Of a stretch of 64,000 nt of DNA, positions 27,987-43,388 are shown piece by piece; within the stretch, counting starts at the first letter, position 1; each line of letters begins with the position of its first letter. The notes under the pieces are model-generated. The model saw nothing but the letters and a program-made list of their open reading frames with translations. It had not been told where the DNA came from and made no database searches. This DNA comes from Octopus vulgaris (taxonomy: Eukaryota): contig OX597834.1 of NCBI GenBank assembly GCA_951406725.2, positions 45,012,001-45,076,000 of the forward strand, in the 5' to 3' direction. A program made the position numbers and the translations under genes.

Positions 27987-29284
27987 AAACATATATATAG
28001 AAACTTTAAAATGCTTGCAAAGAAACTCTACGATATGTTTCAATTTTTGCATGACAGTTTTACATAAGAGACATTTTTAGTAAACCACATTTCAGCAGGG
28101 TGAACATAATATTCTCTCACAGAAAATATGAGAGTTTATATTTTATTCCAAGCAATATAGTTTCGGGAAAATACGGTAAATTCCAATTTTTGCAAGACAA
28201 TATTGTTTTTCGCAAATAAAATAAAAGACAATTCCAATTAGATACAAACGACAATTTCTCTTGTTTGAAACCCTGTATCTTTTATGACAAAAAATAAAAT
28301 ATTTATTTTCGTTGAGTTTTTTTTAACAAAACAAAAAACATGCAATATTTTTCTACAGAACAATACAGAACCTAACAATATCTGACATACAATATTTCTG
28401 TGCGGATAAATACGGTAATACACATATTATTCAATGCAGTACCCTAGCAGGATAAATGCAGTTCTTTCCAATTACTGCCAAGTAGTATCTTAGCCAAATA
28501 AAATACGATACTTGTCACGTAATATTTCGCAAAAACAAAAGTAATATCACTGATTTTAAACCATGCAAGTAATATCTTCTCTTGAAAAAAAATACAATAT
28601 TTGCTACATGATATTTTAGCAAGCAAAATTCTTATAAAACTAATTTATGCAAAACCATTTTCATTGGAAATAAAACATAAAGTACCGACAGTTTACGCTT
28701 TGCATCGAAAAATATTTTAACAATGTACGTTATTCGGAAATACAATATTTTAAGCATAAAATATGTCTATTTATCATTATTGATAAATCACGCAATTTGG
28801 TACATTTGTAGCATCGAGAGAAACTTAAACTTTTGAGGCAATAAACCTCCTTTTATACTCTTCGTTATTGGGTATGTTTAAAGCAGGCAACCTGGAAGAA
28901 TTGAGGCAAGATGGAAGATTCGCGACAACCTGGAGGAATAGCCAACCCGGATGCCAAAATGCGTAGCGGTATTTCTTCTGGCATTACGTTCTTTGTTGAA
29001 ATTCTGTCAATGTCGACTTTATTCTTAATCCGTTATACAGTCGTTAAAATTAGTATCAGTCAAGTATTGGGGGGTCGATGTCATTAAATAGTTCATTCTT
29101 ACTAAAACTAAATGGTTTATGGTTACAGTAGGAAAACTTTCTTATGAATTTGGGACATAAGTACAGATTTTATGTTGTTCTAGTTTTACATCAACATTTC
29201 CAAGCATTTAGCTATACCCATTAAAATATAGCAAAAACATCATAAGTTATCAAATTTTGTGTGAGAATTGTTAATGTGCAAGAA

Positions 29285-29602
29285 TGTCCCTGTCGTTAAG
29301 AAGCTCACTTTGCAGCCACGTGGTCCGGGGTTTCTTAGGATGAAACCCTAGGTTGCGGGGACGTAAACACGTCCCAGCATCGGTTGTCAAGCGATGTTGG
29401 GGGGACAGACACATAAACGTATACACACATATACATATATATGCACATATACGACGGGCTTCTTTCAGTTTCCGTCTACCAAATCCACTCACAAGGTTTT
29501 GGTCGGCCCGAGGCTTTAGTAGAAGACACTTGCCCAAGTTGTACCACAGTGGGACTGAACCCGGAACCATGTTGTTCATAAGCAAGCTACTTACCACACA
29601 GA
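29285..29602 (-). mobile_element. SINE family B copy, preceded by a second partial head
   Basis: ACGACGGGCTTCTTTCAGTTTCCGTCTACCAAATCC...ACACTTGCCCAAG...GGGACTGAACCCGGAACC. Confidence 0.88.
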
Positions 29603-30279
29603 CACGTACTCTTTCTATGGTTTTTACGTAATTAGCATACATATATCTCTGGACAGTAAGGAAACGAACAAAACAACAATAACGGGAACTTTTGAATATA
29701 AAAGTATTTATTATCGTTGGAATATTACAGGAGAGAGAGAGAAAATTGCTATATTTGAAACCCTACAGCTGGGTGAATGTACAATTGGTCATGAATTATT
29801 TAAAAAAAAATTTTACGTCAGAAAATATACGTTAATATACTTGTCGCATCATCTACATCATACCTGGGCATTACTCTCTCGAGTTCAAATCTCGTAGAAC
29901 CCCTTATCAGACTTCTTTGGCGTATAGTTAACTGCGATAAAAATATAACCCCTGAACACAAAACTAGTTCATCGCATTTTACTTATTTACGAATAAATTT
30001 AAATGAAAAGATTTGCTTAAGAACGCTACGCAGATCTAAGAATCTCTACTTAGATAACTCGATCACGGATATAATCACCTACACGTGTTATACTTGTTTG
30101 GAGCGATAATATATGTCAGGCAGTGGGAACAGAAATTGATATAAATATAATAATCAACAGTTACAAATTGTTGTCCCAAGGCCAAGAGTTTCGAGGAAGG
30201 GTTAAATCGGTACATCGACCCCACTGCTCAAATGGTGCTTATTTTATCAGAATTTAGAAATAGGCATGACATATCTCGA

Positions 30280-31000
30280 GTGAATATTCTATTTACGAAA
30301 ATGATGATCGCAGTATTATTCTTCGGAGAATATTATGTGTTGGGGACAGCAAGAAGCGTTGTTTAGTGCATAACACAAGATCGTGCTAAAAAGAGGGAAC
30401 TGTGGTATTATGCGCAGATAAAATATTTATATGAGAATTGTGAAAAGGTTAGGATAATATTTTAGAAATAATTATGTACCTGAAAACGAAAGTTGTCGAA
30501 AATTTTCAGACATTATTATCCATGAAATATAGCTTGTAGCGTTCTATAATTCTTGAAACAATTTTGTGCCAGAAAGTGGAAATTGCTGCATTCTATGTAA
30601 CGTAAAATATTTCTATCAGAGTCTGGAAATAGTCACGATATTTTGAAGAGAATATTCTATATCGGAAAATAAAGATTGTCGTATTGTTCTTCAGAGAATG
30701 TTAACGGTGGGAAAGAGCGTTCACAGTATACACAGTTGTGTAATTCTTAACCTTAATAATTTGACAGAAAGTGGAAATTGTCGCATTATAATTTAGATGG
30801 CATTGTATATCAAATATTATAAATAGCAAGTTTTATTGTCCTTGATATAACATTTTATGTTATAAACTAGAAATTTACGCTTTAAACGTGTGATGATATT
30901 GTATATCAGAAAATATCTATTTTGCACAGTTTATTATTCTTTTGCAATAATTGTATATCACGTGACATAAAATGGAAGAGGTATTATTGTTGGGAGAAGA
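30280..31000 (-). repeat. Ancient ~46-bp tandem repeat, reverse orientation
   Basis: GAAATTG...AATATT units at ~30488, 30579, 30626, 30672 and 30774. 30672 AAGATTGTCGTATTGTTCTTCAGAGAATGTT resembles the reverse complement of the 22957 unit. Confidence 0.55.
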
Positions 31001-31284
31001 AGGAAATCAGCGCAATGTTCATCATAAAATACTGACTATCATAACAGTAACTGAACTTTATTCCAGTTTTTTTTCCTTGATGTCTGTTGTTACTGCAGGA
31101 CTTTTATATGAGATTGCAGTACTAGCGCTATTTCCTTTTTATACTATCAAATTTCCGGTATTTACACGCACGTTTCTCTCATCCAATTTTTTTCCATTCA
31201 TAAAATCTTTCAATTTAACTTTGTCGGTAAATCTATATAATTTAATGTATATACATACTTCCATACGTACACCTGCATGATTGC

Positions 31285-31410
<126 letters not shown>

Positions 31411-31419
31411 ATATAAAAA

Positions 31420-31497
<78 letters not shown>

Positions 31498-31856
31498 GCG
31501 TGTGTATATATATTATACATGCATGTATATATGTATATGTTTATTAAATATCTATCTATATATATATATATATATTTTTATATATATATGTATGTATATA
31601 TGTACAAGCGAATGTAAATGTGGATGAAATGCCAGCATTTAATCGAATTGACAGACTTAAAGTTTCTGTCTTTAAACAAACGTTGTGTGTACAGCATAAA
31701 CATACATTCAAACACCTCTATAGAAACGTACATTATATACTTATTTGATATATTATTTATTTCTAAAACCTATTTATTTATTTAATAAACCGTGTTTATA
31801 TTATATATATATACATAGATACATACACACAGACACACATAATAATAGATATATTT

Positions 31857-31890
<34 letters not shown>

Positions 31891-33109
31891 GTGTATGTGT
31901 GTGTGTATAAATATCGGTAAATGATATAATTTATATATACATGCATGCATGTGTGTGTGTATGAATAATGTATATTTATTCTCTATAACAAACTTTGGAA
32001 ATTGCATATAAATATGATATTTTCTCGGCTTTTCTCTCGTAGTTTTTATTCAATTCGAATATAAACTTTCCTCATATATACTGAATTTTATATATCCACA
32101 TATAACCACCCACATTTCAATAACGTTCGTCCAATTATACATCCTCTTTCTGCCTCTCTTCCTTTTCTCCCTTTGTTATCGTCTACCTCATACTCACCCT
32201 CATTATCTCACATTCTCCTCCTACATCATGTTCATATTATATGAAACACGTTAACATTTTGTCAATATATATCTTCTGTCGAAGTTAATGATAAAAATGA
32301 AAAGATATGATGGCGTGTCCTTCTTCGTAATTATAAATGGAATTTCTGCTGATCGATAAATTGCGTGTAATATTTAGTTTGCTTAATTTCTGACACCGTA
32401 ATCATAATATTTCAGGATTCCATTAAAACGTATCTCAAATTTCACTAATCTGATGAAAGGATTTCAGACCTGCAAGACTCAATGAATTAATAAGTTAGCT
32501 TCTGGGTTGTAGGTTAATCTATTAGAAAAAGCAACAAAACGGAGAGCGAATTTGATAATATAGTCCTCAGAAATAAGATATAATCCTTGGACTGTTTGCT
32601 GACATAACCCCTGAATATTGTCGAAACCTTTATAATAATAAGAACACGTTTAAAGATTGATGACAGCAATTCCGTTACAGAGTATCTGTACGCGATTGCT
32701 TCTACTCAAGTGGGAACGCTCAGTATGAAATATTTACATATTCTGGCATCGTCACATACAGACATGCATATATACAAAAAATTGTATTTACCTACCTTAC
32801 TGTGTCCATAGCTGTCCCAACTTTCTCTTATAGCCTCACTTCATCCCGTGGAATTGTCTTCGGTAAAGAGTTCGGTGTAGCTTCAATGAGACATAAATTG
32901 CTTCAAATCAACTTAAGAATAGGTTTCATAAAGAAGCTTTTAGAATATTTCAAAGAAAAGATGCTCCAGAAAAATGAGTTTTTGAAAGATATAAATATAC
33001 CATATGTGGGAAGAAAGGCGCCCATCATTGGACCATATGCTGTTTATGGATAACCCGAAATTGTTTAGGAAATCCGAAAAACAGATAGAATCCTTAACCC
33101 AGAGTCCTT

Positions 33110-34320
33110 AACAGTTCAGAAGTGTGGTAGGGAAATCAGTATGGAATTTGGGATTACCAAATACTCAGTACATATTGTGAAAAGAGTGAAGAAATCATCC
33201 TGCAGAAGAATCAGGAGAGAACCCGACGGTAGTGGATATAAACATTTAAGGATTTTGGAGCTGGATGACTTTCTACACAAAGAAATGAAAGTCAAGGACA
33301 GTGAGGCGTATCAAAAAAGGGTGAAGATGGTGTTGAAATCCAAGCTGAATGACAAATATTTGATTACTGCAATGAATATCTGGGCAGTTGCTGTGGTCAG
33401 ATATAGTGCGTCCATCCTCAAATAGACTTAGGAGGAATATCAACACTGGATAGAAGGACGAGAAAGTTAATGACGCTCTATGGGGCGCTACACCCTAAAG
33501 CAAACATAAACAGACTGGATATGAAAAGAAAGAATGGTAGCAGAGGACTAGTTAGCATAGACCATTGTATAAGGAGTGAAAGGAGAACGCTTGCCGAGTA
33601 TTTGATAGATAGTGATGAAGAGCTGCTGCAATATGTTGTGAAAGATATTAATGTAAATGCAGATGAAATGATGGACGAGGAAGAGTTTAACCAAAGAGCT
33701 GAGGAGAAGAGAAAAGAAGATCTTCTTGAAATGAAAATGCATGGACAGTTTGAAAGGAATGCACAAGACGTTAACGATAACACAGCTTCGTGGGCATGGT
33801 GTGAGGGAGGTGAATTGAAGCGTACCACCGAAAACCTGATTATTGCTCCATAAGACCAGGCTCTTGCTACTAATTAAGTGAAGTATAACATCTATAAAAC
33901 TTCTGACACCCAGAAATGCAGACTCTGTGGAAAGAGTGTGGAAAATGTGACCCACTTGGTAATTAGATGTGAGAGCCTTGCAGAAAAAGAATACAAGCGC
34001 CGCCACGGCAAAGTGTATGTGTATCTTCATTGGCTCTTATGCCGTAAATACCAATATGAAGTAACAGAGAACTGGGGACTATGATTTTCAGACGGATCGT
34101 GTAATTGAACACCATCGGCCGAATATTGTCACATTGTATAAGGGAGTTACATAGGGTCAGATCATTGATGTAACCATACCAAATGACATGAAAGATGTTA
34201 GGAAAGAGTTTGAAAAAATAAACAACAAAGTGCACCGAATTGAAAGAGGAAATGGCAAGACTGCACGGAATGCGAGAGGGTAATGTGAAAGTGATACCAG
34301 TGGTGATCGGAGCATTGTAC
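33110..34320 (+). mobile_element. Dong/R4-clade LINE fragment (RT thumb, CCHC knuckle, REL endonuclease), pseudogenised
   Basis: MEFGITK, GYKHLRILE, LKSKLNDKYLITAMNIWAVAVVRYS, LHPKANINRLDMKRKNGSRGL, MHGQF, KCRLCGKSVENVTHLVIRC, YKRRHG, HHRPNI...IIDV, IPVVIGAL. Confidence 0.92.
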
Positions 34321-34324
34321 TCTC

Positions 34325-34468
34325 GCATTGCCATACAGTCTTCCATACAGTCTTCCCAGTGGTCCATGTGCGTCATCATCGCTGCCCTGCCCTGCGACTT
34401 CCAGAGACCAGTGTTTGTCCTCAGCGTATCAATATATGTCATCCACTTCTAGTGTGTCCATGTATCAA

Positions 34469-34470
<2 letters not shown>
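34325..34470 (-). mobile_element. Probable RTE-group LINE 3' end
   Basis: Minus strand MTYIDTLRTNTGL... resembles the RTE C-terminal TYIDxLxxDTGL, and ends in a 12-bp tandem duplication (CCATACAGTCTT x2 on +). Confidence 0.45.
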
Positions 34471-34533
<63 letters not shown>

Positions 34534-34598
34534 TAAGATCTGCAAGTTGTTTTGATCAACACATGGTCTAACGCGCTGCGCATCTCGATGTAACTCAG

Positions 34599-34684
34599 GC
34601 GTCTCGCTGATGAAACCGGCCTTAGCAAACATATTCTGTCTGTTTTGCTAGAAAGAGGTAGAAACTGATATCAGTCCGGGATGT
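34599..34684 (+). ncRNA. Type I hammerhead ribozyme (candidate)
   Basis: Stem I GCGTCTCG/CGGGATGT (8 bp, 3 G-U); core CTGATGA 34607-34613; stem II ACC/GGT with distal TTAGCAAA/TTTGCTAG; GAAA 34661-34664; palindromic stem III ACTGATATCAGT; GTC triplet with predicted cut after 34676. The 10.1-11.1 pair is A-A. Confidence 0.75.
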
Positions 34685-35811
34685 ATCGTTATTGGTAAAT
34701 ATTTTTGATTTTCACTCTCGATAAATTTATCCCTTTTTTGTGTCCCTAGCACATGGCATCCTTATTTAGGAGCCCTTAATTATATTTGTACATGAATAAT
34801 ATTTTTCTATATGAATAATAGTTTGTCTAATGACTAATTCGTCTTTTGTGCTGGGCCACTTGTAGTAATCTATATTATTACCCTTTTGATCATATTCACA
34901 TACATACATATGCATACACACACATACGTGTATATGCATATATACATATACATACCTTGATATGCATAATAAAGGTATCTGTTTCTAAATATAAAGACAT
35001 ACCATGATATCCATTTATATACACATGCACATGTATACGACCAGATACACACACAGCCACAGATATATAGATAGATACAGAGGGACAATGACAGAGAGAG
35101 AAAGAGGGAGAGAGAAATATATTACATATGTGTATGTGAGTGTGTGTGTGTGTGTGGGGGGGGGGCTTTACGTATGATATTGTTTATTATATTACCCTAG
35201 TACCCAATTCATATCACAGTTTTATCATCACAATCACTGATAGATTCGTATTAAAGGCAAAATATCAGTTATCTGAAACGACTGGAATAACACCTCGTTG
35301 AATTCTTCTTCCAGCAAAACCTCAACACGAAATCTTCAAAGTAACAAATCATTTAACAGCCAAACAATACTCCGACATATCATAGTGGACGTATATATTT
35401 ATCCATGTCACATGTTTGAATATATTTATGGAGTTTGGACGTTACTGACAGCCATGTATTTTCCTGTATTTATTTTCTGTGAAGCTAAAAGACTCGATCA
35501 CTTGTCCATCCCTCTCTCGACCAAACCTTACGTTTTACCATGTTATTTCTATAACAACACCATCTAGTCATTGATATACATACATATATATATATAAATG
35601 ATATACCGTTCTCCCCGATAACAAATCGACCACAAATATCTATTAGAAAACTATACTTTTTTTCCCCTTTAACCAGCTTTGAAGAGACTTGGAAACAACC
35701 AACTACTTATTCACAGAATTGTGAATATGAAATCGTTCATAAAATGGCTACGCACATAGATCATGTTCTCATAAACAACAGATGGTTAGCGCTTATTCAT
35801 ATTCTGTTATC

Positions 35812-35952
<141 letters not shown>

Positions 35953-36915
35953 TGATCTGGGAGAGAAAATTTCCTGAAAGAGATAATACTAACAGCAGAT
36001 TACTTTGTGAATTATTGCCGTTCACAAATTTCGACGTCGACATGGACGTTTGTTCTTCTTTGTTTGTGTGATTTTTGCTTTTTTTGTTATAATGTCTTTT
36101 AATTTTCTTCTCCCAATTTTCTTGTTATCTACGCTAGCGCCATTTAATATAGTTTTATTGGGAGGTAAGAATGTTATATATTACACAAAGATCTATGGTT
36201 TGTGTGGGAAAACAAAACTGCAACAACAAAAGCAACAATAACATCAACAACAATAGCAATAATATTAATAAGTATAATAAGTGTAGTAAAATACTAATAA
36301 TAAATACATAAATAAACACTGCACCCAATTTCGACCTAACGAAAACTAATGTCTCTATTAAGTTTGTGTTTTCTGCGTCTATTTATTATTTCTTCCTCTA
36401 TATCCAATAATAATTATTGGTTATCAGGTGGATATCATAAAATTGCAGTAATATAATTGTGTTATAAATTATATATAGAATAACCACAAACTCACACCTC
36501 TCTGCTGCTATGAAAGGGTATCAGTAAGTGTTTGCCGATTTAATAATAAGATGGTGGCTGTTATGATGAAGTGTCTATTCAGTACCGGATAAGATTGTTG
36601 ATGGTTCGAATCTTATCATGTACAGAGTGAGTGTGTTACTTATTATAGGAACGTAGATCAACTATTTTCGGTATAGATTATAGATAAAGATATCTATATA
36701 ACGGATTTAGTTTGAAAGGTAGTACGTATATACTGCCTATGTTTGTGTAAGGTATAGATGGATATACACTAAAACATGCTTCTATTAATCTATGTATATT
36801 TGTATATAAGTGCATATATATATGTATATATAGAGAGAGAGTGAGGGGAGAGGGAAGGGAGAGAGAGGAAAAGTTACATAGATAAATTTGTTTATATAAT
36901 AAATATATAAGTATG

Positions 36916-36946
<31 letters not shown>

Positions 36947-37334
36947 AATGTATATTTCTCTTTGCATATATATACATAATATGTATATATCTTTTCGATT
37001 TTATGCATATATATATATATATATATATAAGTATATGTATATTTATATACGAATATATGTCTCTGTGTATATTTGTGTGTGTGTGTGTGTGCGTACATAC
37101 ATGTCATCCGGAATTGAGTGCTACTGGCAACATATTATCCAGTACAACCTGTTGCATGGTCGAATAAAGTGGCAACCCCATCTGACTTGCTTGGTGAGAG
37201 GGTTGATTTTTGGGCACCATGCAGGATGAACATTATGACCCATCAAAGAGCAAAGGAATTCATGATTAGTAAACGGCCACCCAAATATATGTGTAAATAT
37301 GTATATATCCTTTTTGTCGTATTCTTATTGCATA

Positions 37335-37685
37335 AAGGGAATGTTTTTAATCTGACCAGAGGAAAATCCAAAGCGAAGGTTTTTACTTCACTCGTTAGGG
37401 AACATTTATACACTGACGATTGTGAACTAGTCAGTCATTCTGAAACAGGTCTGCAACCTCTTGTATCTGCATTTGACTCAGCTTGTGGTGATTCGAGCTT
37501 AACAATGAAATTGAAAAATAAAACAGTTCTAATGTATCAATCTGTATGCGGTGCTGTTTGCACCCCCACCTAAAATTTTTGTTAAGGGTAAGATAATTGA
37601 GGGAGTTGATTCTTTCAACTACATTGGAAGCTCTGTACAAAATGATAGACTATTAGACACAGAAATACATTTGTGAATTCAGTTA
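37335..37685 (+). mobile_element. RTE/BovB-clade LINE reverse transcriptase fragment
   Basis: GNVFNLTRGKSKAKVFTSLVREHLYTDDCELVSHSETGLQ...FNYIGS (YADD box read as YTDD at 37409-37420, plus an FxYLGS-like motif). Confidence 0.85.
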
Positions 37686-40600
37686 AAATTATTCCTTATG
37701 AATGAATGATATATAATTATGGATCACAGATAACACCTAAAAACACAGAATATTATATATTGGAAGTTATAAATAATAATTCATGTTACGGAGTGCAGTT
37801 ATCTGTGATGTTTTAAGTATCTTTCAGTTATTGTGTTCAGTTTAGAAGTCGTGTAATAAGAGGAAAATGAGTCAACATAGCATACTGGTTAAAATATTTC
37901 ACTCACGATAATGAGACGAGGTTTCGATTCCTGGACTAATCAGTAAGCTGTAATCTTGAAAAAAAACCCCCAAAAAAGTACTTCATTTCCGTTTGCTCCA
38001 TTCCACACAGCCACATCTGAGTTCCAAAAACATCTGTGAATTTAGCCCCGCAACGGACAGACAACACATTTCGAAAATAGGGGTATCTTAATCGCAGCCT
38101 CTCATTCATATACCCCATGGAAACCGAATAGAGCTCTGACCATACGAATTCTAGGATCCCTTGAAAAAAAAGCAATACGAATGCAAGTGTAGTAGATTAG
38201 TAGATATCGTAAACCAACAGTTTGAATGCCGTTTTTCATTTTGGTGAACCCTTTTCCAGTCATAATTGATATTCACCACAGCATAGCTATTGGCGTAAAA
38301 AGTAGTCGTGACTAGATGCCATACGAATTTGATGTGTTGTATAAATGCAGAAATAATAATTTTAGTTATGTCTACGTACGCAAATAATAATTCTTTCAAA
38401 TGTTGTCTCTAGGCCATCAAATTTAGTGGTAGTAGATAAGTTTATGCCATCAGGTCCAGTTCTTGACTATTATTTTATGTTATCGACAAGTTCACTTCGG
38501 CAGAATTTGAACTCGGAAAGTCATGGGTCGGAACAAATTACTGCTTTTAATTTTGTCGGATATGATTCAGCCAACTCGCCGCCATTATCCAATTAATAAC
38601 GATAATTATTATGAGAATTTGCATTAATTTCGATCCTGATATGTGCTTGCCAGGGCAGAATGTCATTGAAGGTTAAAAAGCATTCATATTTTGATCGTCC
38701 CTTATCTCTTCTAATTTACTTTTCAATCGCTTTTCTCCCAGCACCGATTATTAGTCACTTACACCACCTTCTCCATCTCTACCTCTGTCTCATGAAACTT
38801 CCACTCATGCCATTTTCCATCCTACACAGTATTCACTCTCATTCGCCATATTACTTCAGCATAGCTTCACTCGTTTCATTCTTTATGAGTCCATCATCCG
38901 AGCAACAACACCACATCCTTCTTTGTCTCTCTCCAATCTTCTGTGTTGGACCAAGGGCGAAGCCCCTTTACGCTGGATTCTTCATACATCTTGGTGAATG
39001 ATTTCGCAATCCACTTCTCTGAATAATACAATAATTTAATGTTACGCTTGTACTCTTTTGTACCTTAGAATTATCACCACCGATTATGAGAACTACCATC
39101 CAGTTACCCTATTGATAAACCTTACTACCTGGGAAGCATTTCTTTGCTTGATATCTGTTCGTGAATATTTATGCGTTTATAAATATCTATTCAATTATAT
39201 TGCATTATAGACATATATTTATGCACACAAAGATACATACACACACACACACACGTGTGTGTACGAAGCATGAACGTGTATATATTTATGAGCATTGGGA
39301 ACGTAACACTTAAAACTCTCCTATTTTGTATTTATTTTAAAAAAGTTCCATGCAAATAAACGATACGTTTATTTAAATAGCCGATATCGAGTTTCCGCCC
39401 CTTATGGCATAGCGAAACAACAACAGCAATGACAAATATTCTTAAAATATTTGCCATGAAATATAAGAGACAAAAATGATAAATCAGAGGAGAAGAGCTT
39501 ACCCTCGTAATTTCCAGCATATAATAGATATCCTCCGTTGGGTTATGATATGAAATAAAACTGTAAAATGAAACTGAATAAATCGTTCTTATTGACAAAA
39601 TTCTTTGCTGAAGAACGTCACTGCGTGTAGGAGAGAAGCGAGCATGTCATTATCCCCGAAATATATTTTCTTATTCATGACAATAGTTAGTTTATAACGG
39701 AAAAATGAAAAAAACCTGGAATTAAAAAGAAAACTGGTAGCATTTACATGGTCGCTTGCTTTGTTAGAAATAGCAATGAAAACTCCTAAACTCAAAATCG
39801 TTTCGTCTAAAATAAAATGACGGACACATTGGATAATGTGGTGCCAGAAGAGAAGTGTTTTCTCTGAGCAGTAGAACCTTCTTGCGGCATTTGTAACTTC
39901 CTATGTCATCGGAAAATGTCAAGGGTTCACAAAATGTCGAGAGTCCAAAGAAAATGAGAAAGGGCTGAATCAAATGGATAATGTGGTCACGATTTTTCTA
40001 AGAAATGAGATATTTAAACTAGGATCAATAACGAAACGTCACGTATTTTCGTTGAAGGAAACTATTTCAGTAATAACTCATAAGGTACACACAACGTAGC
40101 AAAACTCTAAACAATAACGTACCTATTCATTCTAAATGAATGCTTAAGTTCTGGCAAATTCTAATGTAACCGTGCTGATGGCGGTGGCATTCTTCGATCG
40201 CTGATCACCTCCTCCTAGAAGACAATGTACGGTATTTGATGTATATGTTATTCATTGACGTAAGTAGGATTCGAGACCCTTACGCTGTGAGTGAAATTCA
40301 GCAGATGGAAACGGTACGGAGAACAACTGGTTGAATGGTTCGTAATTCGAAAAAAGCAGCCTTACTATATACTGTGCCGAGGTGAATACAGCTGAGTATT
40401 AGGTAAAGATGTATGTCCGCAGAATACTCAGCCACTTAAACGCTGATTAATTCAGAGACTCAAAATTCAGTTGATCGCTTAAGTTGATCAATCTTTGTCG
40501 TAGAACGTCGGAGATCCACCATCGCTACAAATACCAGCACCAAACCACCACCACCACTATGTCCAGTACTACACCATCATGCATACATACAACCCCCCAC

Positions 40601-40821
40601 ACACACACACACAAACACACACATTTATCTGCTCCTTCCTAACTTCTTCTGTTGATGCAATTTCATTCTCACCTAACGTAAATTTGGCTCTAATTACCGT
40701 AAATGGTAATTTTAAAGAGGGAGCTTTATACGTTTGTTCGACAGCGTAGAGTTAGTAGTTAAATCTGCAAATCAAAACCTGCCATCACCTTATTACCACA
40801 CACAGACACACGCACACACAC

Positions 40822-42100
<1,279 letters not shown>

Positions 42101-42616
42101 TCACTGTTTGTTGCCGTTTGATAGAATATTCTCATAGCATTTTTCATCCAATCATCCTTTAAAATTTGGGTGAAATTCAGCATTAATTTAGCAATAGGAA
42201 ATTTAATTCCTAATTCGGGTTGTTTGATGTTTAAAGATTACACATCTCTCCCAATCCCACTCCAATACTCAATGCACAATTCCTCTCCCTCTTTCTCTCT
42301 CCCTTATTTTCCCTTTATCCTTTCTCGCTGTCTCCTCATCCTTTCGGATCTTGCTCTCTCTTTCTCTCTCGCTTTCTATTTCCATCATAGCATCTTTTTC
42401 TACGTCTTCACTGCCGGTCTGCCTCTGCCTCTGCTTCTTCGTCTGTGTCTTATTCTTTATTTCTTTTACTATTTGTTCTATCTTTCTCTGCCTCGTCCTA
42501 CACTTTTTTCGCCCTATAAGTGTCATGCTCTTCAGCTCACCCTTTCTCTCCGTCCCTATCTATGTACCTATCTGTGTCGCTTTCCTTCTATTCTTCCCCC
42601 AATCTTTTTCTCTGAT

Positions 42617-43355
42617 TTTTCATTTTATTTTCTTCGCTTTCACTCTCATTTTCATTTTACGATTTCTCTGTATCCTTGACGACAGTCTCTCCCTCCATTT
42701 CACTCTCTCTCTCTCTCTGTTGTCTATTTCTCCCATTCATTCTCTCTTATTCTCTCTACATATTTCTCATTCAATACGTCTCTCTTTCACCCAGTATTTC
42801 TGCATCTTTGTTCTTATCTCATATATTACAGTCTTGTTTTCTTTTTTTGTACCTCAGCCCCTTCATCTATCTTCCCTTTCTTGGATCTCTGTGTATCTCC
42901 TTTCTTTAATCACCGTATCTCCCTCCCTCCTTCCCTCTCTCTAATTTCTCATATTCATCCCATTTCACATTCCTCTGTATCTCTCTTCTATTTCTCTCTC
43001 CCGATCTTTCCCCCTCATCCAGTTCCCTTTCCTCAGGTCTCTATACTTCGACCATCAGCTCTCTCCTTTATCCTCTTACATACACTCTCACTCTTTCTCT
43101 CTCAAACACGCGCTGTCGTTCTCCCATGTATATTTTCATTTTTCATTTTATTTTCTATCCTTTCACTCTCCTTTTCATTTTACGATTTCTCTGTATCCTT
43201 GACGACAGTCTCTCTCTCTCTTTTTCTCTATCTCTGTTGTCTATTTCTCTCATTCTTTCTCTCATTCATTCTCTCTACATATTTCTCATTCAATACAACT
43301 CGCTTTCCCTCAGTATCTCTGCATCTTTGTTCATATCTCATATATTCCAGTATTT

Positions 43356-43360
<5 letters not shown>
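42617..43360 (+). repeat. Direct repeat of ~225 bp (42617-42840 and 43140-43360) inside a polypyrimidine tract
   Basis: Shared TTTTCATTTTACGATTTCTCTGTATCCTTGACGACAGTCTCTC and TCTCTCTACATATTTCTCATTCAATAC. Confidence 0.9.

Positions 43361-43388
<28 letters not shown>

Larger units (their letters stand above)
19860..28800 (+). repeat. Ancient degenerate ~46-bp tandem repeat in patches (~19.9-20.2, 20.8-21.6, 22.7-23.4, 26.3-27.0, 28.0-28.8 kb)
   Basis: Recurring AATATTCTNNNNGAAAAATACGACAATTTTC-like motif, e.g. 22957 AAATATTCTCTGAAATAAAATACGATAGTTTTC, with similar starts near 23247, 23293 and 23345. Confidence 0.5.
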
